From the NCBI RefSeq assembly GCF_001194135.2, contig NC_068985.1, positions 54,327,659-54,391,658 on the forward strand: DNA of 64,000 bases, read 5' to 3'. The notes beneath the pieces are model-generated. The model was not told where the DNA came from. It did no database searches and worked only from the letters and a program-made list of their open reading frames with translations. This stretch comes from Octopus bimaculoides. Its lineage: Eukaryota. Shown here piece by piece: positions 1 through 13,199 of this stretch (within the stretch, counting starts at the first letter, position 1; each line of letters starts with the position of its first letter). The position numbers were made by a program, and so were the translations under genes.

Positions 1-46
<46 letters not shown>

Positions 47-949
47 CATACACACACACACACACACATACATACATAACTGGCACTCCATCAGTTATGA
101 TGAGGGTCTCAGTTGATACGATCAACAAAACAGCCTACTTGTGAAATTTAACATGCAAGTGGCTGAGCACTCTGCAAATGCACACGTGCGTGTATGTGTG
201 TCCACACACACACACACAGAATATCTATTGCAAATTAATAATGAAGAAGAATTAAAGTCTAAATTAGAACAGAACTCTACTTTTGGGATATTTTCACAGC
301 ATTGTTTCTTTTTCCCACAAATTGTAAACTGTTTACTAATGTATAATGGTTTAAACAGTGGCAGAATAGAACAGGAAAAAAATGGACGATGAGAAAGAAT
401 CAATGCAATGCAGAAGAAAGAAGTTGGATATGTACCTTGAGTTATATAAAAGGCTATAAATATTAACAACTAAAGCTTGTTTGTCAGTATCTTCACATCC
501 TACAGTCAGTTTGCCTCATCCCTGCATTTTTTAATCTCAGTTATCTTGGGAAACTGGGTCCCTTGGGGTTAATCACACAGCAGCCATATGGTGTAAAAAA
601 TCAAGCAAACATAGCTACTTAAAAACCTGAATCAGTCAAAACTTTCTCCATATTGAGGAAAGATAAACAATAGTTCAACACTTAAATCTTACCAAAGCAG
701 ACAGAGGTGATAACTAAAATCTCAGTTAAAATGGAATTATGCATGTGGTGTGGGAGAAATAACATTAGAACAAAAGTAAATATCAAATTAATCTGATCTT
801 TGTCAAAAGTGATAATTCCAGATAGGTTTCGGTTGTATTGAACCTCCTCAGTAAATCATAGTCTTTATTATACAAGACCCATGAAAACAGAATCACTATA
901 AATATATGGATAGTAATTCTCATGACTTGGCATTGTAAGTGAAGAAATT

Positions 950-2085
950 AAATCTTCTGCAATCTTCCACTCTACATCAATTAGTTATATATCTTACAAC
1001 ATCCCTGCTCAACACACAAACTCTCCAAATACTGTTGATCTGTTTTTCAGCATCAAATCCAAACACTATTACACCATAATAGCTTCTGCACCTATCAAGT
1101 CATCCAACCACTATTTTATCATGATTACTCGTCACATTCCCACATATATACACTAGCATCCACCTTACAGATCTTATAGCATTTCAGGCCAGCTGACTGG
1201 TTGAAGCTCCCACAAATTTTGAACTAACTATCCTTGGTAGTACACATGCTTCACTTCTGACCTATCAGAAACAGTTAGGTGGATAACTGAAATTATCATT
1301 TAAGGCACATCGTGCCTCATCAACATACGAAATACTCCTAAGGCTCAAAGTTTCTTAGGTGGTTCATTCATTATGTTGTAATTCAAATCGATAAATAAAT
1401 AAATAAAATAACTTACAATATTTAATTTTTTTTAAATGCCCACTCTTACAATCTAGATGGTTCTTAGCCAAAACTACAACTCCAGCAAGTCCATCACCCA
1501 AATTGTAAAGTATACCTCTATGCATCACATAGCATCAAACTTCCCTGCTTCCCAAACTACAGCCAATCCCCTTGGTCTCTTGCCAAAAGAATCTCTACCA
1601 ACATTGCAAAATCTTTCTCTCCACTACTTCTTAACCACCATGGTTATGTAAACAGAACTCTTACCGAGAGAAAAGTTTCAGATTTGTTGCCTACTTTGAA
1701 TTTGACTCCACACTGAATACATAAGGTAAATCTTTTTCGCCAAATTATCTTGTCATCAGCCTCATCATCACAAACATACAGATATACACCAAATATCTCC
1801 AGTCATTTCAAACCACTGACCATGGAAAGGTCTCTTTCATTACCCCAAAACAATGCACCACAGAGTAAGCCTGTATCCTTACCAAATTCTTCAATCTCTC
1901 TCAACAGTGATATGTTCCAATCTCTTGAAACACTACATTATATCCCATTCCCATAAAGCAGCAACCCTACTGATCCCGTCAACTACCATTCTTCTACAGT
2001 CATTTCCAATATCTCAGAAGGCAATGAAAACAGCCATCACTAATAACTTTCTTAAACACCTTGACCCCCATCTCTTTTTATCAGA
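950..2085 (+). mobile_element. Heavily decayed CR1/L2-like LINE ORF2 fragment (endonuclease end to RT start)
   Basis: Frameshifted pieces HIIPFP..NPTDPVNYH and ISQKAMKTAITNNFLKHLDPHLFLSD resemble the 'PIPK..DP.NYRPISL..ISK.ME..IN..L..HL...LLSD' RT N-terminus. Confidence 0.65.
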
Positions 2086-2470
2086 TGTAGTGTGCAAGAG
2101 AGAAGACAGTGCAGGTATGACCATGTAATGCATATGAATGAAGATAGTTGCATCAAGAGATGCCAATCTCTAATTGTAGAAGGAACATGTGGAAGAGGTA
2201 GACCCAGGAAGATGTGGGATGAAGTGGTGAGTAAGGATCTACAAACATTAGGACTCACAGAAGGGATGACAAGGGTCTGAGACTCCAGGTAGTTTACTGT
2301 GCTTGAAGAGACACGTTAAGGTAAGTGAAAGCATGGCTGCCCTTGAATTCAGGCTCATCCCCTGTAACCCTCTCCAGCTGAGCATCTCTAATCTTGCAGG
2401 CTTTAGATGCTGGTGCCACGTAAGAAGCACCCATGCCAGTACATAAAAGCATCCAGTACACTCTGTAAAG

Positions 2471-2500
<30 letters not shown>
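2086..2500 (+). mobile_element. RTE LINE 3' end (ORF2 C-terminus, 3' UTR, (GAT)n tail)
   Basis: QERRQCRYDHVMHMNEDSCIKRCQSLIVEGTCGRGRPRKMWDEVVSKDLQTLGL matches the RTE 'RLRWYGHV.RM...GRGRP.K.W' terminus; (GAT)n at about 2474-2503. Confidence 0.85.
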
Positions 2501-2504
<4 letters not shown>

Positions 2505-4255
2505 CCATTACAGCTTTCGTAAGGTCAAATCTACTTGAGATTTGCTCTATGTCACCCACTTGTCAGCGCTTGCTCTGGGAAATTTGATGAATGCTGTACT
2601 GTTCACTTCAACTCACTTTCTTGATCAGGTTGTCTTGACATCATAAAGTAATGATAAATCTTTAGCCTTGGAGGTCACAAAGTAACCTCACTAGTATTGG
2701 TGTCATGAAACAATTTTGCATTCAGTACACTCTGTAAAGTAATTAGCAAATATGTGGAGACAACATAGTGTTGAGAAAACACTTTAGTCTGTTCAAAGAC
2801 ATGATTACCTCTCTGGTGTTGGTGCTACAATAAAATGCAACCACTATGTTCTGTAAAGAGGTTGCGGTTAGAAAGGGAATCCAGTCCTGGAAATCATATC
2901 CAAAAAATGTAATGTTTGAGTAAGATGAGATTCTCCAACCCATCACAAAGGGCAATAACTCTGAATAAGACCTGAACTGACTTAGAACATGATGACATAT
3001 CCAACCCATGCCAGAATAGAAAGCAAACAGATGATAATAATGATACATGCCTTTAAATAAAAGTAAAAAGAAAAAAAGACACATTGAACAATGTTACCCC
3101 TAATATACAAAAAAAATAGAGGGTCATGGGTGGAAAGCTTTCATTAGGGATTTGCTCAATTAAAGCTAATTTGGGGACTAGACAACAACTAGAAATGTTT
3201 CTAACCAACAAGTAATCCTTTTCATCAATGATTGTCAGCTCTTCCATCATTAATCCTTGATTTATGGCATTTCACCATTTACCCACCTGCTTGTTCCCAC
3301 TGCAACAACACATACCAAATAATCTTTCTATAGGAAAGTTCATATCACAGTCAGAAGACAACCTTTAAGGTAGCATGTTAGGTCCAGTACAGAATTATAA
3401 CATTTTGAAGCTTAAAAATAATCCTAGAAATGTATCTAAATAATTACAAATGTATCTAAATAGCAAAAACTAATATAATATACAATTGCATCTGTTGCAT
3501 AGATTTTTATACTAGTTGGCCTAATCAATATTTTAATCCAGTGAGTCTTAATCGCATTGAAAATTTGCAGCTGGCTGGATGCAGGATTTTTAACCAAAGA
3601 GTTGACACTTTGTACTGTCTTACTGGGACTGAGCTGTGAAGACATTTAACAGACAAGAGTTCTGTCACATGTGTGTGAAAAGTATCACAGGAAGAAAATA
3701 GAGTTCATTGATGCAATTAACAGAGATATTTTCTGTTGGCTTGCAGAGAGAGAGATTAATTGAAATCATCTTATAAAAACAGATATACTTTAGATACACA
3801 ACATGAAGATCAAGTCTTCATTTAGATAGTATTCCTTGTTGGTTACATGTTGCATGGGCTTATCAAACATCACATATCCATGTGTTCCTACTATGTGTTA
3901 TTACATTTGTAATACTTTTATATTGCACAGATCTTTCATACCAACTCATTTTAGCAACACTTTGTTTTCCCAGGTTTGCATAACAAATCCTGATTAGTTA
4001 AGATAACTGACACCTTATTATAATTGTTGTTGTTGTTGTTATTATTATTATTATTACTGTTTAAAGCAGCAAGCAAGTAGAACTGTTAGCACATTGGACA
4101 AAGTGCTTAGCAGCATTTCTTCTCGTTGTTCATGTTCCATCCTTTTAGGGCTAAGATAAAGTAGCAGTGAAGCACTGGAGTCAAGGTAATCAACTTACCC
4201 TCTCCCTAAAATTGCTGGCCTTGAGCTAAAATTTGAAACCATTATTATTATTATT

Positions 4256-4813
4256 GAGTGAGAGAGCAGTGCATGCCATCAAAATGACACTGGGGTAAAA
4301 TATACAAAGCCCAATATACCCATCATGACTACCCATTTGATAACGGTACACCAGGCACATGCATCACAACCATATGTGCGCGACATGGTGATCTCATATC
4401 AAGATAAACAGCACATGACCTCGCAGGTGGGGCTCAGTTAGAATTTTCTTCAGGTCGAATAGCCCATCCCGCTCAAAAGGTCCCTGAATAAGGTTCGTTT
4501 AAGGATGTTGAGCAAAACACCCATGTTTCCAAAGGTAAATTATTCAAACCCCAAAGAATTCCTCTCAACACATGGCTATGATGCTCCCTCACTACTTCTA
4601 CTCATGATCAGAGATGCACATATCATCAGCAACCAAGGGACATGCTCAACTGGTTAAGGTCAAACAACTGACAAGCAAATTTGTGGTACTGAGCAGAATA
4701 TTTGCTGTAGCCCATCTTTTTATACCAAAACAAAACAATGTACATGATAACACTTCCAATCAATTAAGATAAGAAGCCATAAGAGCCACTGCCTGGTACT
4801 GCATCCGGGCATT
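4256..4813. mobile_element. About 560-bp non-coding interspersed element embedded in (ATT)n
   Basis: Sharp boundaries with (ATT)n on both sides; no ORF and no TIR. I recall it as a common octopus repeat (unverified). Confidence 0.6.
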
Positions 4814-4831
4814 TATTACTATTATTATTAC

Positions 4832-4861
<30 letters not shown>

Positions 4862-4862
<1 letters not shown>

Positions 4863-5063
4863 TTTAACTTAGGTTTTGTTGGAACTCCTAGAGTCTAGCA
4901 TGCATAGCGGGCTTGCTACCTGCAGTCTACGGTACCATTCTATCTGTTCTTTTCAACTATCTAATACTTCCCTGATTATTCTGGCTGTGCCATGAAGGCA
5001 AACCTTTTGTAACAGCTCTACTGAGCACTCTATTCTGATTTCCTTTATGTTCCTCTTGATGCC
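4862..5063 (-). mobile_element. 5'-truncated Dong/R4-like (RLE) non-LTR retrotransposon 3' end
   Basis: Minus strand reads GIKRNIKEIRIECSVELLQKVCLHGTARIIREVLDS* (5063-4953), matching the R4/Dong C-terminal 'LQK..L.GTARI.R.VL'. A 90-nt UTR runs directly into (TAA)n. Confidence 0.75.
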
Positions 5064-5270
5064 CGAGCTGACAGACTCATTAGTACACTGGGAAAAATGC
5101 TTAGCAGTATTTCATCTATCTTTACGTTCTGAATTCAAATTCTACCAAGGTCAACTTCGCCTTTCATCCTTTCGGGGTCAATAAATTAAGTACCAGTCAA
5201 GTACTGGGGTCAATGTAATCGACTTAGCCCCTCCCCAGGAATCTCAGGCCTTGTGCCTATAGTAGAAAGG

Positions 5271-5315
<45 letters not shown>

Positions 5316-5756
5316 GCTAAAAAGGGGTAGCAAGGTAGCAGAATCATTAGCACTCTGGACATTTCTTCTAGCCTATTGTGTCCTGAGTTCAAATTCTGCT
5401 GAAGTTGGCTTTGCCTTTCATCTTTTTGTGGTCAATAAAATAAGCACCAATTGAGCACTGGGATCAATAAAATAAATACCAACTGAGAACTGGGGTCGAT
5501 ATAGTTGACTAGCTCCCTCCCCTCAAAAAGAAAACAATGTTCATGAAAAAGTTGCTGGATTGATAGAATTAAAGTATAATATAAAAAAAAACCCTTGCAG
5601 TATATGTTTCAGTTCTGTATATTCTGAGGTCAACTTAGCCTTTCAAGGTCAATAAAATGAAGGACCAGTGAAACTGCAGAGATCAATAGTATTGACTAAA
5701 AGCCCTTCCTCCAAATTTCAGTCATGTGCCTAAATTAGGAACATTCATTACTTATG

Positions 5757-5968
5757 ATTAACTCAGCATTTAAACCAGTCATATCCAGCCAAAATATTCT
5801 GTTTTATGTTTAAAATGTCAAGATCTGGCCTCTTTAATTTATCATACAATGTCATTCTAAAAATATACAATCATATCGAAACCTCAAAGCTATGAGATAA
5901 TGCATGGTCAATTCAAAACAACATGAATAAATATTTGACAGAGTAATCTGAATGCTAAAGAGTTAGAC
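5757..5968 (+). mobile_element. MITE with TTAA/CCCTTT-type (piggyBac-like) termini
   Basis: Ends ...gagtaatctgaatgctaaagagttag. Copies at 6360-6540(-), 11640-11838(+) ending gaaagggttaa, and 55500-55637(+). Confidence 0.7.
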
Positions 5969-5999
5969 AATCAATAACTTCTATGAAATATATTCTTAC

Positions 6000-6049
6000 T
6001 GAATCATTGCTAGCCCAGCCTTTCCAACAGAAAGTGCCTTTGCTAACAC
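6000..6049 (-). CDS. Candidate next exon (50 nt) of the same gene
   Basis: gtgtttcag|GTGTTAGC...ATGATTCA|gtaaga. It stays open when spliced to 7030-7115 in either frame (VLAKALSVGKAGLAMI or GVSKGTFCWKGWASNDS). The pyrimidine tract is poor. Confidence 0.3.
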
Positions 6050-6359
6050 CTGAAACACTTGTTCTTTAATCTGTCATCATCATTTTAATGTTCACTTTTC
6101 TATGCTTACATGGGTAAAATGGAATTTGTTGAGGCAAATTTTCTACTGTTGGATGCCCTTCAAGTCACCAACCTTCAGCTGTTTTCCAGCAAGGTAATAT
6201 TCTCCCATAGTCAGGCATGTTTCCATGGAAAATTGGGAGGAAATGTTGCTTCCAATATAAAATTGAAATGTCAAGTGCAGTTTGATGCCTTGATTCTTTT
6301 AAGCCAATATTTTAGGACAAATCAAAGAATCGCAACAAAAGGAGGGGTTAACCTCAACT

Positions 6360-6540
6360 GTAGCTCTTTAGCATTCAGGTTACTCAGTCAAGTGTAATGC
6401 TTATTTACTCACATTTTCTTGAATTAATCATGCATTATCTTGTAGCTTCAAAATTTTGATGAGGCGATTATGTTTTTTAATGACATTGCAGGGTAGGTGT
6501 GAGAGGCTGGATCTGGCTGGTTTAAATGCTAAAGGGTTAG
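6360..6540 (-). mobile_element. Inverted copy of the same MITE
   Basis: tagctctttagcattcaggttactc...tttaaatgctaaagggttag is the reverse complement of 5757-5968. Confidence 0.7.
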
Positions 6541-7029
6541 ACTAGTTAAAGTCAATATGTATCAAGAGTAGAACCTAGGGCTGTATTTTTATTTTATTTA
6601 TTTCCTTTTCTTTTCCCCCTGTTAACCAAGTTTTTCAGAAGTGAATTTAGCTGTGTGAAAAAAATGATGTATTCTTGTCAGGTGGTGTCTGTTGAGAACC
6701 AAGTGCATTTTAAACACCTGAAGTGCAGCTTAGCTGACAATCTGCCAAAACTGTTGCCACACTTCTTGTGCACCTACTGACTGCATTACTGAGATACAGT
6801 AGGAGAAATATAGCTAAATATACAGTTCAAGGAAACCAGTTCAGAATTTTGTTTAGAACTGATCAGAAATGGTTTCTTTTCTTTACCTATTCTTTCCCAT
6901 CATTTACTAAATATACACTACTGGAAGCAGTCAGTGGATGGGATGTTAAGTTACAAGATACATCATTAAAATATGACATGTTCTATCAGAAAATAGTACC
7001 AGCTTACAACTAACTGATATATAATTTAC

Positions 7030-7115
7030 CTGAATCTGAATCAACAGGTATGGGAGGTTTGGCCTCTTTTCTGGCAACTGGTTGATCATCCTTGACTGTA
7101 CGAAGGCTTCCCAAC
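7030..7115 (-). CDS. Internal coding exon (86 nt) of an unidentified host gene
   Basis: On the minus strand: acceptor tgatttctttttgttgcag| and donor CAG|gtaaat. Two frames are open: WEAFVQSRMINQLPEKRPNLPYLLIQIQ or LGSLRTVKDDQPVARKEAKPPIPVDSDS. Non-repetitive and more GC-rich than its flanks. Protein not recognised. Confidence 0.65.
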
Positions 7116-7215
7116 CTGCAACAAAAAGAAATCATTTTGAAATTAAAAAAATATTTTTAAATGCAATACATTTTTGACATAAATTACATATTTTAATATA
7201 TATGTCTAATATGTA

Positions 7216-8078
7216 CAGGATGTTCAGGATAAATTTGACAATTTTTTATGCTTCAGGAACAGATTGATATATTGGTGAACAGTCAACAGCATTGGTAAGC
7301 ATAAAGATTAAAGTTGTAGTTGAATAAAAATTAGATGATATGGAGGACTGGAGGCCATCTGAATATTGGAAAACAGTTACCTGCATCATGATGATTTGCA
7401 CCGGATATCAAAATGTTGACACCATGACTATTGCTCAATGCTCTGTGAACATGTAAAAGCTCTAAGACTTGACAAGGACAGCAGCAATGGAGACTACAAA
7501 GCCATGGCCAGCAGGAAGGGATACAGCAGGCATTCTGACTGCATACCAGAATTCATTCCCATATCTTTGAATAGGGTCGGCTAAATTCAGATGGCTATAT
7601 GAAGCTAATGCAGACTGTAGTGAAACCCTGGTTGGAGAGGGTTGTTGCTGGAAGGCCATATGTGTGACAGCAAGATATGGTCCCTTGCCATACCTCCAGA
7701 AAGAACCAGAAGTGATTGTCAGAGAATTTCTACAACTTCGCCAACTCCAATTTCTGGCCCTGATTGTAATCCCATGGATAACTATGTGTGGGGAAAGACA
7801 CCAACCACTACCTACAACATTAAGCTAAGCTAATGGCCAAGATCAAGGAGGTGTTTGAAGAGCTTCCCAGGAACACAATGAGGAATGCATGTGCCAGGTT
7901 CCAGAGCCACCTTAAGGCCATGGTGGAAGCTGAGGGTAGCTACTTTGGGTAAACTCTTTATCTCCCAGCCATAATCACATTGATATTTTTTGATTTTTTA
8001 TAAATACTTTTATTTTTGGATGGGATATTGTTTTTTTTTCCTTTTATGCAAACTGTCAAATTTAGTCTGAACACTTTG
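7216..8078 (+). mobile_element. Internally deleted Tc1/mariner element (maT/DD37D-like)
   Basis: TA TSDs at 7214-15 and 8079-80. TIRs caggatgttcaggataaatttgacaattt / aaactgtcaaatttagtctgaacactttg. Decayed transposase: KPWLERVVAGRPYV*QQDMVPCHTS..., DCNPMDNYVWG, MAKIKEVFEELPRNTMRNACARFQSHLKAMVEAEGSYFG*. Confidence 0.9.
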
Positions 8079-8388
8079 TATGTGTGAGTTAACAATAAAC
8101 AAGATATATTCAATCAACTGTATAAGTTTATTTAAAATGAAAGCCTTGTATAATATTGAAACATTGGTTTTGAATAAGAGAAATATTCACAAACTTGAGT
8201 TAAGAGCATGAATAATGAAACTAAATATTTATCAGTTTGCAAATGACTTCTGTAGACAATAGAAAAATTCAAATTTAAGACTTAGAATATATATCAAGGA
8301 TAATATCAAATTATTAATTATTACTAACCAAAATATTTTATTTTTTAATTTTCTTTTAAAGAAGTCTAAATTATATATATATATATAG

Positions 8389-8432
<44 letters not shown>

Positions 8433-9639
8433 TCATTAACAGAATGGTTCTTATTTCTTATGAAAAAAAAAACTTATAAATAATTTTAAATAATAATTAG
8501 GAAAATGGTTTTAACAGCCTCTACCAGAAAACAGCTAACAAGAGAGAAAATAAATGTTCACTTTGACTCCACCAAACTAACCTCTCCCAGATGTCATAGG
8601 GTCAGGGATGGTTGCTATGACAACTGACTGGCAAGCAAGTGTAACCAGACACTAAGGCAGGGTTCTAAGCTGCTGTTTCCTTAATATATAAATCTGGTAG
8701 ATATGAAGGAACCATAAGCAGCAGTAGTAACAGTTGTTGAGAAGTGCTGACCCATGTGTCAATCAAACAAGCTATTACTTACTACCTTTCTTCAAATAAG
8801 TGTAATTACCATATTAGTAAGTGGTTTACAACACCACTGTTTTACAGTAATTAGTCAATGCAGTTATAAATATGAAATTTGACAAATATTTCCAAATCTT
8901 ATAACTATATTAATTAAATTTCACATACCCTTAACTAGACAGAATACATTTGTGTATGCATCTGTGTGCATGTGTGTGCACATGTGCATGCATGCACACA
9001 AGCACAAGAAAAAAATGCAATATGCCAAATAAACAAGCTAAAAAGCAATTGCCTATATGAGTGTGTGTGTGTGATGTGTGATTAAGAAGTTCACTTTGAT
9101 TTCAGGTTCAGTCCTACTGCTCAGTACCTTAGGTAAGTGTCTTCCAGTGGGCCAACACCAATGCCCTGTAAACTGTGTTAATTGGGCTAGCAGTACACAG
9201 GAACTTAGTGGAAAACTATCATATGCATGCATGTGTGTGCATGAGCGCGCATACACACACATCTTTGTGTCTCCACTACTTTACAACGGGTGATGATACA
9301 TTTGTATTCCCATAACTTGGTAGAATAAATAAGTACCAGACTTAACATAAGTAATGTGGTCAACTTTTCTTTCTTTTTCTTAACTAAACCCTTCATGGTC
9401 ACAGTTCACTGGCTGAAACAATGTCTGTTTCAATCCACTGATGAGGTCACAGGCTGTGTGACTCAAAAACTTTGATTGACCAATAAACAAAAAATAATAC
9501 AAATAAAAACCAAAGTGAAGATTGAATAAATAGTTTGTGTGTTTAATTGGCAAAAAAATAAGCAAACAAAATGACCATCACCAAGTATAACAATATCTGT
9601 TTCAACTCACATTTCCACATCAAGAATCTTACAAAACAA

Positions 9640-9746
<107 letters not shown>

Positions 9747-10865
9747 AAATTAATGTGAATCAATGTCTGTGTAAATATATAGATTTTAGGTTTCTTAAAG
9801 TATATGATAGACAAAAATATTTCTTTTAAAATCATTTTATTGTTACTATACTTTTGTTGAAATATGCTGCCTTTGCTTCAATTAATTTTGAAAATAATAA
9901 GAAATTTAGTAAAATAACTTTATTATCATTAAAATAATGTTTGAAACAAATTAACATGAAACCTTGATGGGAAATTTAATTTAGATTACTTTAAAACAGG
10001 AAGTTTGTTTCAAAGAACCAGGAGCAGTCTTGGGCAGGTTGAGATTAAAAGGGTTAAAACCAAGTCCTTGCTTTCTAAGTATCTATTCTATCTCAACATG
10101 TTACAGTTTCTACAATCACTCCTTACTTCCTTTTGGTCAAACTTTAAGTACTTTTATAAGAACAGAAAAGAGTATGCCTAGTCTTCACCTGAGGGAGGGG
10201 AGAGGAGAGAGAAAAAAAAATCAAGAAAAATATAAGCATGTTATAATGATAGCAACACAAATATTAAAAGAATTCAGAAAATATACAAGAAGGAATTATT
10301 AGGAGTGGACTTAACAGAATGTTATTTTCTATTTTTAAGGTGGAATTTAATTGAAGAAGTTAAAAGTAAACACAAAAGTTAAAATATACAAAGCTTCACA
10401 AGTGGATTTGTATTGACATTTAAGTAGAAAGAGTGTATAAATAAATGGATAGACTGTTTCTATGAGGAAACAATCTCATTCATAAAAGAAAAAGCCTAGC
10501 TGTGCAGAAAATAGCAACGACATAACTGATGGTTATACTAGACATCTATTCTTTATGGAGACAAAAATATATATCAGAAACCTCAACTGAAATGTTTTTG
10601 CATCATTATTTAACACCCTTGTTCTATACTAGTATGAATTGGTCAGTTTGACAAGTCCCAGTAGGTTCAAAGATTTCATCAAGCTCCAGTGTCTGCTTTG
10701 ACAAGGCTTCTATGGCTATATGCTCTTCCTAATATCATCTACTCTACATTACTTGTTGAAATTTTTACTGCTACTTGTAAATTCTCGCATTGTCTATCTG
10801 TCTGTCATTTCTTTCATTACATTTGTGCTATTTCACACACATAGACACATACACATACTCAACCA

Positions 10866-10909
<44 letters not shown>

Positions 10910-11169
10910 ACTTTGAACTCCTGAGGATAAATACTTGACTTTTTGTTTGGTTAGATTGGTTAGTAAGGTGGGCAACTGATTATATCAAACTTAGACCTTG
11001 ACTGGTAATTATTTTAGTGACTTCCTTTCCCTACTCCTTGAAAGATGAAAGGTAAAGTCAACCTCAGTAGATTTTGAACTTGGAACAAGAGTATGTCAAT
11101 AATACAAAGCATTTTGTACAGCATTGATGCTGCTGCCAATCCCTTCCCTATTACAACTACCTTCTATAG

Positions 11170-11620
11170 CATCAATTGTCTCTATCTAATATGGACATCC
11201 CTTGTGAAGAAGCAGGCCACATGAAACAGCTCATCATCTGACAAGCTGCACAACTAAAAATTCAAGGTAATTTTTCATTAGCTCTGCCATTTAGACTTTC
11301 TCATGAGTCGCAGGTTGTCCACAATTGGTCCATACCTAGAAAGTTTTCTTCATTGCACACTACAACAAATAACCTCTGATGTCCCGCTTTCTCTTATTCA
11401 TGCATACTGACATTACATATCCAGTGGAGTGTAGCCTTTGCAAATCCTCCACATTCCTTGCCCATGTATTATAACCATACTTCACACACAAGTATCCCCC
11501 AGTCTACCTTTCATTCAGAGAGAAACCTTTGCTGTCAACAGATGCTACAGCTCTCAAAACTGTCATGCCACCATAGCTTTTTGCAGCACCTGTCTCCACT
11601 GATTAGGCCACCTAGGTAAC
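11170..11620 (-). mobile_element. Decayed RTE ORF2 fragment (post-RT region)
   Basis: Minus-strand pieces resemble LISGD.C...FRELL.LLT.KGFSL..KGRL and LHWICNVSMHE. Confidence 0.6.
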
Positions 11621-13199
11621 AAAAACTACCAAATATTATAACTCTTTAGTATTTAAGCTGGCCATATCCAGCCAAAATATTCTACCTGTTTTATGCTCAA
11701 ATCAGCCAGATCCCATCTCTCACACTTACTCTACAATGTCACTAAAAATATACAATCATATCATCAAAATCTTGAAAACAATGTGAATAAATAAGGATTA
11801 CATTTGATAGAGTAATCTGAATGTGAAAGGGTTAAATGAGTCTTTAGAAGGATTCCAAGGGCAACTTATCCATCTACATACATCTGTGTACATAAATACG
11901 GTTAGCAGACACAAAATAACAGACACATATGAAGATATATTTTGTTGCAAACTTCTTGAGTTTACTGATGCATGAGGTTCTCTAGCATTGCTAAGACCAT
12001 ACTATAGCACCACCTCATGGATCAGTATATCATGTAATTCAATAATGTGAGCATGTACATCTGTGTGTGGATGTGTGAATGAGAGAGAGAGAGAGTATAT
12101 CGTTAACAAAAGGAAATGCTTCATCTTCAAGTTGAGAAATGTACACCTGACTTAGTGTCTATGTTACCTACCACAACAGGATCTGATAGAGCACATCTTA
12201 CTCATTGATTTCAGACTCTGACTTTGAGTCAAAGACACTTAATGCTCGTTTAAGAAGTGAAATAAAAATAAAAAATAAAAGCGACCACCACCTTCAAGAA
12301 ACTGAACAAGTTTAAACGCCTTTCAACAAGCAATGCTAATATTCAAACTGATTCCATTTTTTTTTTTACTTGCTTTATTCATTGGGCCATGGCTGTGCTA
12401 GGGCACTGCCTTTGAGGGTTTAGTTGAACAAATTGACCCCAATTCTCTTTTTTTTTTTAAGTCTGATACTTATTCTTTTTGTCCTTTTTGCCAAACCACT
12501 AAATCACAGGCATGTAAACAAACCCACACCAGTCAAGCAAGAAGACAAACATAAACACACATACATATGACAGGTTTCTTTCAGTTTCCCATCTGCAAAA
12601 ACTACAAAATTCACTAGATAAGCACTGATCTCTTTTATCAAACCAGTAAGTTACAAGCATGTTAATAAACTAACACCAATTATCAAGCAGTCAAGCAGGA
12701 AGACAAACATAAATATGCACACATACATATGACAGGTTTCTTTCAGTTTTCCATCTAGAAAATTCACTTGCAAAGCACTGATCCACCCAGGGCTATAATA
12801 GAAGACACTTGCCCAAGGTGCTCTGCAGTGGGACAAAAATTATATTAAATTCATAATGCAAATGTAGAAGAATTTATAAGTCTTTATTAACAATGATTCT
12901 CAAAGTAAAGTCAGCTATAAACAATAGTTTATAATAATACCTCAGGTTAAAATTCCCTTGAATGGGAAAACAAGACAGGAAGTTGCACCAGGACTTGACC
13001 TATACATCTGAAATCCAAGCAGATGTCCTTATTTACAAAATTTTTATATTTTAAGTAAATGCAAAGCCATTATCTAATTATCACTGATCTAATCTTACAG
13101 GTATTTCTTTTAGATTTTAAGTAATTATGAAATGAGGGATTATGCAAAAAAAAAATTTTTTCACATTATATTGTATATTATTTTGATTACTTTAGATAA

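Larger units (their letters stand above)
4063..5745 (+). mobile_element. Cluster of tRNA-derived SINE family A copies (about 4063-4245, 5065-5310, 5320-5530, 5590-5745)
   Basis: Shared gctggcagaatc.ttagc head, B-box gttcaaatt, body ttgcctttcatcctt.ggggtc.ataaa..agtacc, and tail ttgtgcctatagtagaaagg(att)n. Confidence 0.85.

Noticed and set aside
3287-3299. 13-nt minus-strand microexon that would extend one frame to ...FCWKGWASNDSWEQA (chromodomain-like)
   Set aside because: The spacing is one residue short of the chromodomain WKGWxxxxxTWE motif, it depends on two weak exon calls, and such splice-signal pairs are common by chance.
9392-9445. Short hairpin and TGATGA box resembling a miRNA or snoRNA
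   Set aside because: The stem is only about 16 bp with mismatches, and there is no proper box C/D terminal arrangement.
12941-13007. Minus-strand AG...GT bounded segment
   Set aside because: Stop codons in all three frames.
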